From NCBI GenBank assembly GCA_002269645.1, contig NIVC01000538.1:483497-547496 (forward strand): DNA of 64,000 nucleotides, in the 5' to 3' direction. Below the pieces are notes generated by a model, which saw only the letters and a list, made by a program, of their open reading frames with translations, searched no databases and was not told where the DNA came from. Positions 36,342 through 56,500 of the stretch are shown piece after piece. The stretch's first letter is position 1; each line of letters opens with the position of its first letter. The stretch comes from Macrostomum lignano. Taxonomy: Eukaryota. The translations under genes and the position numbers were made by a program.

Positions 36342-36681
36342 GACGTACATGTGCAAATGGTGCGGCACGCGCTACTGCCGCGAATGCTTGCTGGGCGACT
36401 TTGTGGGCAAAATGTTGGAGCCGAACATCTGCCGGGTTTGCAACCAGCGCTACTGCCAGGGCCGCCGGGTCGAGTTCTTTCCGTCGCCAGTTGCTGCTCC
36501 GGAGGCATCCACTTCGACACGAGCCGGCGTTGCCACCCGGCCGGAGACGGCCCCGGTGCCGTCAGGACGGACGGCTAAGTCGGCCAAACCGGCCACCGCG
36601 AAGTCGGCCGGTGCGGGTGGCCGGTCCAGAAGATCAACGGGAAAAAGGCGGACGAAGCGTTCGAGGACCAAAACAGCCTGA
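36342..36681 (+). CDS. Probable terminal exon of an unidentified gene with a Cys-rich (zinc-binding-like) motif and a basic tail
   Basis: Acceptor ctctctcgcag|acg; TYMCKWCGTRYCRECLLGDFVGKMLEPNICRVCNQRYCQG...KRRTKRSRTKTA*; GC-rich. Upstream exons not located. Confidence 0.55.
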
Positions 36682-36769
36682 ATGAGAAATTCCAATACAC
36701 GCTAGTAGTGACGAGCTTTCTGTTGCTGTAAATCAGGGATTGGAAAACTTTGGTCAGAGGGAATATAGA

Positions 36770-37022
36770 ATAGAGAACAGAAAGAAGAGTAAAGGAGAAC
36801 AGAGGAGAAACAAAAAAGAAGAGGAGAGAAGGGAGAGAAGAGGGGAGAAGGGAGAGAAGAGGGGAGAAGGGAGAGAAGAGGGGAGAAGAGGAGAGAAGAG
36901 GAGAGAAGAGGAGAGAAGAGGAGAGAAGAGGAGAGAAGAGAAGAGGAGAGAAGAGGAGAGAAGAGGGGAGAAAGGAGAGAAGAGGAGAAAAGGGAGAGAA
37001 GGGATTTTTTCGAGAGAAGAGA
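36770..37022. repeat. Polypurine (gaggagagaa)n-like repeat
   Basis: Seen directly. Confidence 0.9.
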
Positions 37023-37571
37023 GCTGAGAAGTGACAAACTTCACTATAATGATCAGGCCGGATTACTACAGTGAATTTTCATGTAGCCTCATGTAGCCCT
37101 TGGGCCGGAGTTTACCGACACTTGCTGTAAATTAAAAATCGAGCCTCATGGCCTGTTCTCTCACCAGTTGAACCATGCATGTACCTGTATTCTATCGATC
37201 TTTTATCGGCCCAAAAGCTCCAGTACCTTTCATAAATTCTTTATAAGTTATAAACTTCAAAGAAATTTCTCAAGTTTCGATGGACCGGTTCAGGAATGCA
37301 GGTAGCACGGATACAAAGCAGAATGCTTGAACTTTCATACGAGCCTATAGTTGATTTTCCATCTTTCAACTGACTTTAATTCTGAGAATGACATCTGTTT
37401 GAAGATAATAAGACAAGTTAGAGCCAAATATAGTAATTGCCTGCCATGTTGATTCGGTTCTCATGTATATTTTATTTTCAATGGTTAAACCCAGAGTTGA
37501 AAATATCGAGTTTAAGCTGAAACAATGTTCATAACTTGCTAAATTTCCAAGATTCAAGTCATCTGTAACAT

Positions 37572-37757
37572 CACGCTGAACTCCGCCCAGTCCTCGCTCA
37601 CGTCATGCTGAACTCCGCCCAGTCCTCGCTCACGTCACTCTGAACTCCGCCCAGTCCTCGCTCACGTCACTCTGAACTCCGTCCAGTCCTCGCTCACGTC
37701 ACGCTGAACTCCGCCCAGTCCTCGCTCACGTCACGCTGTACTTCGCCCAGTCCTCGC
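37572..37757. repeat. 32-bp tandem repeat derived from the last codons and stop of the lectin gene
   Basis: Unit gctgaactccgcccagtcctcgctcacgtcac, ~5-6 copies, contiguous with the CDS end. Confidence 0.88.
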
Positions 37758-38448
37758 CGTTCTCGATCTCCGACTCGACCTGAGCGTCGGTGAACAGCAG
37801 CAGGCGGCACAGCTTCGACCTCCTGTTGTACAGCGCGCGTCTGCAGTTTTTGTCTCGGCCAGCCGCCGCTACGCAGCTCACAGAGCTCGGCATCCCGGTC
37901 AGATCTTTGTAGCAGTACTCGGTGCTCGGGTTGTAGCTGGTCCGCTTGAACTCCACTCGCCTCCAGGCGGCCGGCTGCAGCTTTGCGGCAGGTCGAGTCG
38001 CTGGCCGGAACTCGCACAGGTAGCCATAAATTTTTGAGCATCGCCTATTAGCCAAAGTTCCGTTGTAAGTGTTCGGTTTTATCCTCAAGCAGTCATCCAC
38101 AGGTCTGTCTGGCTCTGAATAGTCCCAAAGTGAATCACTTGTTATAAGAATGCCATTATCATTAATAAGCCCCCAGCCCGATCGGTTGGTGCCGCGCTCC
38201 TCGGCATGGTCAGAGACGCCGATCCACAAGTCGTGGTGGGAACTTCGATTCCTAATGGTGTTGTAAGCATTCGCCAGCTCGCCTCCGAGCGCTGCGCACT
38301 CTGAGTTGGCCTCGCACCAGGAGTAGCTTTGTTCGGTGTTCTCAAGCAGACATGGACCAGACGAGTTGGCAAATGGACTCGGACACAGCGACTGAGCATG
38401 CGCGGAGCACAGAAGCAGAAACAGAAGGATAGAAGCGCCTAAGTCCAT
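37726..38448 (-). CDS. Secreted C-type lectin domain + PAN/Apple-like domain protein, single exon, 240 aa
   Basis: Signal peptide MDLGASILLFLLLCSAHA; CTLD motifs W.EA..C...GG.L, LWIG, W...EPD, DC, C...YLCE; C-terminal Cys pattern (C..C..C..YN..SKLCRL) typical of PAN. Confidence 0.85.
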   Translation of the reverse strand: MDLGASILLFLLLCSAHAQSLCPSPFANSSGPCLLENTEQSYSWCEANSECAALGGELANAYNTIRNRSSHHDLWIGVSDHAEERGTNRSGWGLINDNGILITSDSLWDYSEPDRPVDDCLRIKPNTYNGTLANRRCSKIYGYLCEFRPATRPAAKLQPAAWRRVEFKRTSYNPSTEYCYKDLTGMPSSVSCVAAAGRDKNCRRALYNRRSKLCRLLLFTDAQVESEIENGEDWAKYSVT

Positions 38449-39129
38449 TGCTTGTAAGGGACTCGCCACAGTCAGTATAAAGAATAGTTGTAAATTTGGA
38501 CACGCGTTGCTCCAATATATACCATGATGGTGATCGCATCAGAGACATCACCTCAAAGTTGCCTGAAAACCGGAAACGCAGCGTTCAGGCGCGTGCCAAG
38601 AAAATTTCGATTCGGTTAGCGAGTCCAAGATAGTAAATGATTTATGTTTGACTGTCATTATGCCTAGTCGATCATTAGTATTGCGAAAGTTGCGAAACTG
38701 AATACCTGTAACTCTGTTTAATTAACATGCAAGCCTCGCATCAGCCAAGACAATGAAAGCAGTATTGATACTGGCAGACAGAATCAGGTGCACAAAAACC
38801 CAAATGTTTGACTTATTCTTTGCCAGCGTCCCCTAAAGGCAAGCCAAAGAAGGCATGCCTAAGTATAAATAAAATCATTTTTTCAATGAATTTCCTTACG
38901 AGTTCCTCAATCACTACTGGCCTACTGTTAGTAGCGATAGAAGAGTAGTCAACCCCACAAACAGTTTATACTCTATCTTGTGGTTTCTACTGTTGAACCA
39001 AACAGAAACTGCTCTGGCATGAGAAATTGTTCTTAATTCAATATTTTAGTAAACAAGTGAATTGCAAGGCTTTGTGCTAGACACGAGAGAGTAGATAGCA
39101 CAATTGATCAGGGCTTCTACCGTCAGATC

Positions 39130-39657
39130 CTGCAAGTAAAGCAGAGTTGGTTACTTACTGGACTCAGCTGCAGGAGGCTCCGGGCATCCGGATGCAACGG
39201 GAAGGCGTCGCTGCCCATTGCGCTAACCCCCCTGAGAGTCCAGGAGGTGGATGGTCGCTCGCCCGCGGTAGCCCTTAGGTAGTGGACGAGCTGGCAGAGC
39301 TCTCGAGCCTGAAAACGTCGGAGATCCGGGTTTGGGACGAGGTAGGTGAGCCCTCACCTGAGTAAAGGCGGGGCACTCACAGATGAAGTGCCTCCGCATT
39401 CTCAACACCGGAGAGGCAGAATGGGCATTCCTCACAGCGGATTTCCCTTTCTCTGGAGGTAAGCGATTACCTAGCATAACTGCCATGACCTTAGAGGGCC
39501 AGGATGGCTGCCCGCTCTGATATCTCTGCGGTTTGAGTCCAAACAGGGGCCTTATGGTCCGCGGTTGGCACGCAGATGAACTTAATTGCTTGCCAAGCCA
39601 AACACTTCCCATGCTCCGTGGCAATTTGTAGTTGGCTTTGATCAAGTTCAATGGCAA
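39130..39657 (-). mobile_element. 5'-truncated 3' fragment of a non-LTR retrotransposon (I/R1/LOA-like CCHC tail)
   Basis: CPFC..(frameshift)..HFICECPAF..R zinc-knuckle motif typical of LINE ORF2 C-termini; contains stops and frameshifts. Confidence 0.5.
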
Positions 39658-41365
39658 GCATGCGCAAAAATTGCTGCGATTCGAGTGCGTGGGACTTTTT
39701 GTTCTACGAGCTAAAAAGCCCTATCCATTGAACTTCATCAAATGCATAATAGCATGTGTGAAATAAATTTAACAAGTGATTTACATCAGCTTGTCACAGT
39801 GTATGAATACTTTTTTCCAAGCTTGTCTCGTAATTTGTACAGTTCTTACAATATTTTCTCGTTCGTCATCTGACTCATAGGATGCAAATAAATGAATATG
39901 ATTTTATTAGCTCTCAGCGAGCTCTTGATCATCTTATTGATTCAAAATCACCATAATGGCAAGGAGTAAAAAGAACTGCATAAAGCACACTGAAATAGAA
40001 GGAAGTCACTGCGATGCTCAACCGCCCAGCTGCCCCAAGCTCAAGTGCTTGGCTAGCACACTTAATTTACTTTGCATACGTCCATCTAGCCCGTACAATT
40101 GTAAAGGAGGGTCGGACTATACGAATACTTAGACTCACAATTTGTCAATTTCTATAGCCTAGAAGATAAGATATGGAAAGAAAAAATATATACGTCAAGG
40201 TTACATGTGGCCCGGAAGTACAGGGTAAGGTCTCCTAGATAACGAACTGAGTTTTCATGATTTTTGAAGCAAGTACGAGTACCAAGTACCAACTTTTTTA
40301 AGTAGAAGAAAAGCATCACAACGAAGTTTAAGCAGGTCAAATTTCAGCCCGATCCGTCAACCCAGTGCAGAGAAAACTCTGCTATCCGGGAGACCTTTCT
40401 AGACCATCCTGTATTAATCAAAATCATTTGGGTTGGGATTTTTGGGAATGAACTGGGTCGCTTCAAGTTCAAATCGAGCCACTCAAATCCAGTCTGTCAC
40501 TCTCTCACACCTCACCCTGACCAAGCCACCCTCTTGCGTATTTATTAAGGCCAACGCGGTTTTTCATTAACTCCACGTCCGTCCGCGTCGCGCACACGAG
40601 CTCAGGGTCAGGCTCAGGTCTCAGTAAGCTTTGAAAAATCTATCATCATAAGTTCATAGGCAAGGACACCGGAGGGGGTCGGGGGGACGGGGGGAGAGGA
40701 AGCCATTTCTGCCATTCCCGGTTTGCGTGCGGCTTGAGAGCTAGGAAGGAGTTGGGGTACAACTCCCGGAGTCGGGGGGGGGCAAGCCCCCGCCCCCAGT
40801 TTACTTAGCCTTCAGGGCTGAATGTACATTTGCGGGTAAAGACGCCCCTCCCCCCCTATCCCGACTGGGCCCTCCCATTCCTCCTCCAGGTCTGATCTTT
40901 AAATGTACATTCAGGGCGACCACTACCCCACTACTCCTCATTGTATTTGTTGGGAGGGTTATAAAATCCAAGCCCGTCTTTACTAGGCCAGGCCCCCCAG
41001 CCAAACACAGGACTTCCAGATTCAGACTGTACAGGTTTTTGTGTTGCCCTTCTCCCCGCCTCCCCAAACGCCAGTTCAAATCCTTCCCTTCTTGTTCTTC
41101 TTGGAAGCATCCTAAGCTGACTGCACCTTACTGTTTCTTTTTCAAAGCCGTTTATTATTAACTTAGAATCCAATAAACAAAGAATCTCAACCCAATAGAT
41201 CCAGGATAGGTTATTATTATAATTAATTGGAATAATGAAATCCACAAGGCTTAGACAATTGCGCTCCGTTACGCATACTGCTTGTTCAGTGCTGGCGTTG
41301 AGTCTCCTGCTGTCGGTGAGTGACGCAATATGTCTATTCATCTAGTAGTAGGATTCCATAAGAGG

Positions 41366-41820
41366 TATCGGGGTTTGGGTTGGGATTGGGACTATAGAAT
41401 AGGAGTATCGGGGTTTGGGTTGGGATTGGGACTATAGAATAGGAGTATCGGCGTTTGGGTTGGGATTGGGACTATAGAATAGGGAGTATCGGGGTTTGGG
41501 TTGGGATTGGGACTATAGGATAGGGAGTATCGGGGTTTGGGTTGGGATTGGGACTATAGAATAGGGAGTATCGGGGTTTGGGTTGGGATTGGGACTATAG
41601 AATAGGAGTATCGGCGTTTGGGTTGGGATTGGGACTATAGAATAGGGAGTATCGGGGTTTGGGTTGGGATTGGGACTATAGGATAGGGAGTATCGGGGTT
41701 TGGGTTGGGATTGGGACTATAGAATAGGGAGTATCGGGGTTTGGGTTGGGATTGGGACTATAGGATAGGGAGTATCGGGGTTTGGGTTGGGATTGGGACT
41801 ATAGGATAGGGAGTAATGGA
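41366..41820. repeat. 42-43-bp G-rich minisatellite (gagtatcggggtttgggttgggattgggactatagaatagg), ~11 copies
   Basis: Visible periodicity; four G-tracts per unit. Confidence 0.95.
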
Positions 41821-42345
41821 GCATCGGGATTTGTATTGGGATAGAAATTAAGGGATGAAGATTCATAGGGATTAAGATTGGCTTAGGACCGGGATTAATA
41901 ATACAATAGGGTTATAGATATTTAACAGAGTTGGGATCAGGATTAAGGATTTAAAGATAGGATATTCAATCAAAGATAAAGGATAAATGGATTAGGATTG
42001 GATTAGGTCCCGGATTAATGACGGAGGAAATCATCTCGTGATTCAGATTAGGGTTGGAATGGAAGATAGTAATCTTGGGATGAATGATAGTTCTGTCTAT
42101 ATTAATTGAAATTGAGCTAGCGTCAAAATCAAGGATAGGGATCTCATCTGCTGATTAATAATTAAAATTAAGATTCCAAAATGTTTGCCAAGACATTTTA
42201 TAATTAATACCCCAGGCATTAGTGCCAATGCATCTTAGAAGAATGCAGCAGTGATTGAGCATACGAGCGCGTAGTAGACGCAGTTATTGTGAGCTTCGAC
42301 TCTGATTCGACTCTGACAGACTGTCTGATTGCAGAGGCTTCTTAT

Positions 42346-42640
42346 GACTCACGACTCACGACTTGAAGGTCAGGGGTTCGATTCCCGATCCCACTGGAAC
42401 AATTTGTGTCCTTGAGCAAGCCACTTAACTCTGCATTGCTTCGGTTCACCCAGCTGTAAAATGGCATTGGCTTTAGCTGGGGTAATTGAAGGTGTGGCGA
42501 CCCTCCCCCCCAGTCCTTGGACTGAACAGCCGTACGCAGCCTTCAGATGCGCCGCACAATAGCTGCGGCTGGGCTGTCTGTTGCACATCTGGCCCAATTG
42601 CGGCAGGTGTAATCAATTATCTCATATTATATTTTCATGT
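42346..42640 (+). mobile_element. tRNA-derived SINE (5'-eroded) with a CORE/Meta-like central domain
   Basis: Pol III B-box ggttcgattcc (42375-85) followed by tgtgtccttgagcaagccacttaactc..cacccagctgtaaaatgg, resembling the conserved MIR/CORE-type block. A-box not evident. Confidence 0.6.
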
Positions 42641-42758
42641 AAAACCAGTGTTAGTGATGAGCGTAACGCATTGAGCCAATCAGAGTTAGCTCAGCTATCA
42701 GTCGGCACACTGAAACCAATTGATACTTTCATAACAGAGAACACAGAAGGGAATTGCA

Positions 42759-43548
42759 GTGATGCATCAGTACACTCTGAATGGGGATTGCAGTGGTGCA
42801 TCAGTACACTCTGAATGGGGATTGCAGTAATGCATCAGTACACTCTGAATGGGGATTGCAGTGGTGCATCAGTACACTCTGAATGGGGATTGCAGTGGTG
42901 CATCAGTACACTCTGAATGGGGATTGCAGTGGTGCATCAGTACACTCTGAATGGGGATTGCAGTGGTGCATCAGTACACTCTGAATGGGGATTGCAGTGG
43001 TGCATCAGTACACTCTGAATGGGGATTGCAGTGGTGCATCAGTACACTCTGAATGGGGATTGCAGTAATGCATCAGTACACTCTGAATGGGGATTGCAGT
43101 GGTGCATCAGTACACTCTGAAGGGGGATTGCAGTGGTGCATCAGTACACTCTGAATGGGGATTGCAGTAATGCATCAGTACACTCTGAATGGGGATTGCA
43201 GTGGTGCATCAGTACACTCTGAAGGGGGATTGCAGTGGTGCATCAGTATACTCTGAATGGGGATTGCAGTAATGCATCAGTACACTCTGAATGGGGATTG
43301 CAGTGGTGCATCAGTACACTCTGAATGGGGATTGCAGTGGTGCATCAGTACACTCTGAATGGGGATTGCAGTAATGCATCAGTACACTCTGAATGGGGAT
43401 TGCAGTGGTGCATCAGTACACTCTGAATGGGGATTGCAGTGGTGCATCAGTACACTCTGAATGGGGATTGCAGTGGTGCATCAGTACACTCTGAATGGGG
43501 ATTGCAGTGGTGCATCAGTACACTCTGAATGGGGATTGCAGTGGTGCA
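42759..43548. repeat. 34-bp minisatellite (cagtacactctgaatggggattgcagtggtgcat), ~23 copies
   Basis: Visible periodicity. Confidence 0.96.
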
Positions 43549-45164
43549 TGAATTTACCGAAACAGCTGCAGATGCCGGTAATTGCAGCAGCAAATAGATA
43601 TATCTATAATTGCTCAGAAAATGCACCTAACAAGCATTCCCAGCTAATAGACCCACCCAGCAGCACTGACATCAATAAGTGCCGTTCCTCTTTCAATTCG
43701 TTTCCTTAATGCCTACAATGCCTATTGTTAATTGGGTAGAGTCGTAGAGAGATCTATGATATGCATAAACAGCTACTGTACAATGTATGCATGGCATTAT
43801 ATTATGCGTACTTCTGGAAGAAAGTACACTTATATTTTTAAAGACAAAGCTGTGTGCAGGCGATGGTCACTTATTGTGACTTTCTCTGCAAACATTTGAA
43901 GAAAAAAATGCCCTTGCATAGTATACATCTCGGGCATTTCCTACCTGGCTGGTTTCCAGCCTTAAAGGAACTTCTTTTTAGGTATAGGAGTCCCTGGCAT
44001 TAAAAAAGCACAATGCACGTAAATTTCGTACATACGCAGAGCCTAGCTTATACTTAGCTATGTGATGGGGAGACGGCGGAGGACTGCTGATGCGGAACGG
44101 TTAGGGGAAGGGAGACAGGCCCCGGGTTTTAGTATATCAAGGGAAGAAAGAGATGGAGTGTAAGGGATAGAAGGATAGAGGGAAAATCGTCCTTCAGAAT
44201 CTCCAACGGGACCCCCGAGCTGCAGCTGCAGGGATGCTGGGACGCGCGAGGGGCTGCGGAGAGGGGGTTGGTAGGCGGGGAGTGAAATGGGGAGTCAAAG
44301 AACATCAGATAAGCGGCAAAGGGAGAAGGGAATTCTTATCTGAAGGCATTCCAACGCCTGTACAGTGAATGCATCGTTAGATGTAGAGAGATGCTGCATG
44401 GTCTTCAAGTTCAAAGTCCAAATATCTTACTATGCACCTATGAGCTACTTGAATCAAAAGTAAATGAGATCTGTCTTTGGATTATACATGTAAGCCTTTG
44501 GCATGCAGCGTCTCCTTTCTCTCCTTCCCTGCTACTCCCTTCTCTTGTAACCCTCTAGAGTTCCTAGTGCTCTGCAACAACTCCAAAGACACAATCTATA
44601 TTAAATAGAAATACCAGTATATATGATTGATGGCGCAGCCCCATGAGAAAGAAAGTCCATCAATAGTAACATGAGATTGGAAAACGGAGGAGGGGATATA
44701 TTTGCGGGTTAGTAACTAACACTCTTTCCGGATAGAGGCGTCAGTTATGGATAGATATTGTAGATACTTATTCCTATAGGACTGAGAATTTGGATATGAA
44801 ATCGGATTAGCTCCTACATGCATGCAGTATAACTAATCTCAAATGCATATATTCTGTGAAAAACTGTTTACTCGATGATTCCTCTCGGCAACAGGAATTT
44901 TCTGTAGAGCTCAGCTCTGTTTCGTCCACGGTCACTGTCCAGATCGCATATGAGACTGCTTGCTTGATCTCGGGGGACTCGGAGTGAGTACCAGGACCTA
45001 CATTTATATACTAGTGGAAAGGCTAAGCGAGCGTCTTCTAGGGATGCATGTTGAGCATCATCAACTAGTGTTTAGTTGCAGAAATTATGCTCCATTTCCG
45101 CCTTCAATACATCAGTCTCCGAGGGAGATGAGTGGAAGATCTAAGAGCGATACTTGTGGAATCG

Positions 45165-45890
45165 TCATTCGCTGATCATAGCACACTGATGGAATTGTCA
45201 GTTGCTGATCATAGCACACTGATGGAATGGTCAGTTGCTGATAATAGCACACTGATGGAATGGTCAGTTGCTGATCATAGCACACTGATGGAATGGTCAG
45301 TTGCTGATCATAGCACACTGATGGAGTGGTCAGTTGCTGATCATAGCACACTGATGGAATGGTCAGTTGCTGATCATAGCACACTGATGGAGTGGTCAGT
45401 TGCTGATCATAGCACACTGATGGAATGGTCAGTTGCTGATCATAGCACACTGATGGAGTGGTCAGTTGCTGATCATAGCACACTGATGGAATGGTCAGTT
45501 GCTGATCATAGCACACTGATGGAATGATCAGTTGCTGATCATAGCACCCTGATTTAATGATTAGTTGCTGATCATAGCACACTGATGGAATGGTCAGTTG
45601 CTGATCATAGCACACAGATAAAATTGTCAGTTGCTGATCATAGCACACAGAACTTTCAGTTGCTGATCATAGCACACAGAACTTTCAGTTGATGCTCATA
45701 GCTCACAGAACTTTCAGTTGCTGATCATAGCACACTGATGGAATGGTCAGTTGCTGATCATAGCACACAGATAAAATTGTCAGTTGCTGATCATAGCACA
45801 CAGAACTTTCAGTTGCTGATCATAGCACACAGAACTTTCAGTTGCTGATCATAGCACACAGAACTTTCAGTTGATGCTCATAGCTCACGG
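45165..45890. repeat. 33-bp minisatellite (gttgctgatcatagcacactgatggaatggtca), shortening to 28-bp units at the 3' end
   Basis: Visible periodicity. Confidence 0.95.
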
Positions 45891-46577
45891 AACCGTCAGC
45901 TGCAGCTCATAGATTATGCTTCTCAGTCTAGCCAGTTTCACTCAGATCTCAGACTGACGTGACATCCGCAATAGGATTTTTAGTTACTCAAGTTTCCTTC
46001 TTTCCGCCACTACTCTCTCTCTTCCCCAATCTGTACGTGCGTGCCATAGTCGGCGAAGGCCAGAAGGCTGACAGCGGGCCTGTCAAAGGACCTGACCTAC
46101 AGACTCCTTGGCTCAGTCGTTCGTTTAGTGAAATAAATTAATCAAGGAAGGCCTTAGCCAAAGCTCGTGCTAGTATAGTTAAGTTCGTCCGCTGTATACC
46201 CCGGTATATTGAGTTTCTGCTCAACCCGTGCTCAGCTCCATACTCTCGAGTTTTATTATGGGATCTGTAGTGCCAAGCTGATAAAACTGCAAATGAGACG
46301 GCGCGGCACGGCGGCTTTGAACTGCTCTTATAAGATATGCTCATATCCGGTGTCTCTTCTACCCCTGTTTGTTTGCCTTTAATTCCCCTTGGGACATTCA
46401 TTGGACCAGTAATGATAAAGATTTCATACTGGGACGCTAGACGATCCGGACCGGATGTTGTCGGCAATTCGAAACCGCGGATTTTGGAATTCGAAGTTGA
46501 GATCTCGGTTGGGGGGGAGAAAAATTGGAGAAGTTAGAGTTAGGAATTTGAAATGCAAAATTCTGGTTAGAAATAGG

Positions 46578-46711
46578 GACTCGGGATCAGGAATCGGAAC
46601 TCGGGATCAGGAATCGGGACTCGGGATCAGGAATCGTGACTCGGGATCGGGAAGTGAGACACAGGATTCGACAGACAGACAGACATAAAAAACAGGCAGA
46701 GAGACAGACAC

Positions 46712-46802
<91 letters not shown>

Positions 46803-46985
46803 GGCAGATAGACAGACAGACACTAAGACAGACAGAAACATAGACAGACAGACACTAAGACAGACAGACACATAGACAGACAGGCAGGCAGCCAGGTAGT
46901 CAGACAGACAGACACATAGACAGGCAGGCAGACAGACAGGCAGGCAGGCAGGCAGGCAGACAGGCAGGCAGGCAGGCAGGCAAAA
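46578..46985. repeat. 20-bp repeat (gactcgggatcaggaatcgg) followed by (GACA)n grading into (GGCA)n
   Basis: Seen directly. Confidence 0.92.
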
Positions 46986-47614
46986 GTGAGTGAATGAGAG
47001 TCAACTGACGCACTGACACGGCAGTCACGCAGGTGGGAGGCGCGCCAATTAAGGAGATGGCACTGCAGGGAGCGGCCTCCCCAGCCTCGGAGTAACTCAA
47101 TGTGCCCATCAGTCGAACCGGCCGCTGTTATTATAGAATAGGTGTAGGGGGGGGGGGTAATTTATTTCCCACGAAAAGAGCGGCATGCACTTTTCCTAGC
47201 GTACCTGCTAAGTACAAGTGTAGGAAATGAATTTTCACAAATTTTGCTGTCTTTGCTACATCCGATCGGGAGTCGCTTCCTGTGTGACTGACAGATGCAG
47301 TGCTCTTTTCACCAGGATAATTTATGCTCACGCAATGGGTAAACACCAAGCGGTAAGCGGGTCTGACTCATGCGCAACGGCCGGGGGGGGATTCGCGCGA
47401 TTCACAGCCATGAGGGTCAGGCCCCAAGGCACAGAGGGTGTACATGCCTGACGATTTGAAAGTCGGGGCCGATGTACACCCTGTGTGAGCGAGTGCTTCA
47501 TGCCCTCATGTGATTATTGATTGACATGGGTAAATCCGGGCAGTAAGGAATTCAATCGGCCTTCAAAACTTCGACTGCAGAACTTTGCCGCCGCCCTCCC
47601 CCCCGTCAATCTAG

Positions 47615-55153
<7,539 letters not shown>

Positions 55154-55412
55154 GATGCCGAAATCGGGAATTTTAGCCACTGAATTCTCGCCATTTGCAC
55201 TTTTATTTAGATCAAATACGGAAAATTATATTTTTTAGCTAAAAAGTCATCAATTCTACTGATCGGTCGCTTTTAAGTAGCGTGATGCGAAAATTATGTC
55301 AGTAAATTGTTTTTTTTTCCTAGAATTTTCAAGTGCTTCCCTGATAAACCTTTTTGTAAATTAATAATTAAAAAATTGTTGTGGAGTTCTAGTGCGGCCG
55401 ACCCTCTTTGAA

Positions 55413-56500
55413 CTGACCTTCATTGACCTGACCTTCATTAACCTGAGCTTCATTGACCTGACCTTCATTAACCTGAGCTTCATTGACCTGACCTTCATTG
55501 ACTTATCTTCATTGACCTGACCTTCATTGACTTGACCTTCATTGACCTGACCTTCATTAACCTGAGCTTCATTGACCTGACCTTCATTGACTTATCTTCA
55601 TTGACCTGAACTTCATTGACTTGACCTTCATTGACCTGATCTTCATTGACCTGACCTTCATTGACCTGATCTTCTTTGACCTGACCTTCTTTTGACCCGA
55701 TCTTCATTGACCTGACCTTCATTGAACTGACCTTCATTGACCTGACCTTCATTGACCTGACCTGCTCGTACATTGACGTATTCTTTGACCTGACCTTCAT
55801 TGACCTACCTTATTTGACCTGACCTTCATTGACCTACCTTCTTTGACCTGACCTTCATTGACTTGACCTTCATTGACCTGACCTTCATTAACCTGAGCTT
55901 CATTGACCTGACCTTCATTGACTTATCTTCATTGACCTGACCTTCATTGACTTGACCTTCATTGACCTGATCTTCATTGACCTGACCTTCATTGACCTGA
56001 TCTTCTTTGACCTGACCTTCTTTTGACCCGATCTTCATTGACCTGACCTTCATTGAACTGACCTTCATTGACCTGACCTTCATTGACCTGACCTGCTCGT
56101 ACATTGACGTATTCTTTGACCTGACCTTCATTGACCTACCTTATTTGACCTGACCTTCATTGACCTACCTTCTTTGACCTGACCTTCATTGACTTGACCT
56201 TCATTGACCTGACCTTCATTAACCTGAGCTTCATTGACCTGACCTTCATTGACTTATCTTCATTGACCTGACCTTCATTGACTTGACCTTCATTGACCTG
56301 ATCTTCATTGACCTGACCTTCATTGACCTGATCTTCATTGACCTGACCTTCTTTTGACCTGATCTTCATTGACCTGACCTTCATTGAACTGACCTTCATT
56401 GACCTGACCTTCATTGACCTGACCTGCTCGTACATTGACGTATTCTTTGACCTGACCTTCATTGACCTACCTTCTTTGACCTGACCTACATTGACCTGAC
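55413..56500. repeat. 15-bp repeat (ttcattgacctgacc) organised as three 331-bp higher-order units
   Basis: Identical spurious ORF landmarks at 55495, 55826 and 56157 (331-bp step). Confidence 0.95.

Noticed and set aside
40226-40396. Short inverted repeat AAGGTCTCC..GGAGACCTT suggesting a MITE
   Set aside because: Arms are short and no TSD could be identified.
41366-42140. Interstitial telomere
   Set aside because: No run of canonical TTAGGG units; only G-rich degenerate repeats.
44330-44510. Possible CR1/L2 3' fragment on the - strand (..RRWNA..)
   Set aside because: Only one weak motif with several stops; not supportable without a search.
47477-47495. miR-10-like seed ACCCTGT in the 3' arm of the stem-loop
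   Set aside because: The match is limited to the seed plus a few bases and is on the wrong arm; likely chance.
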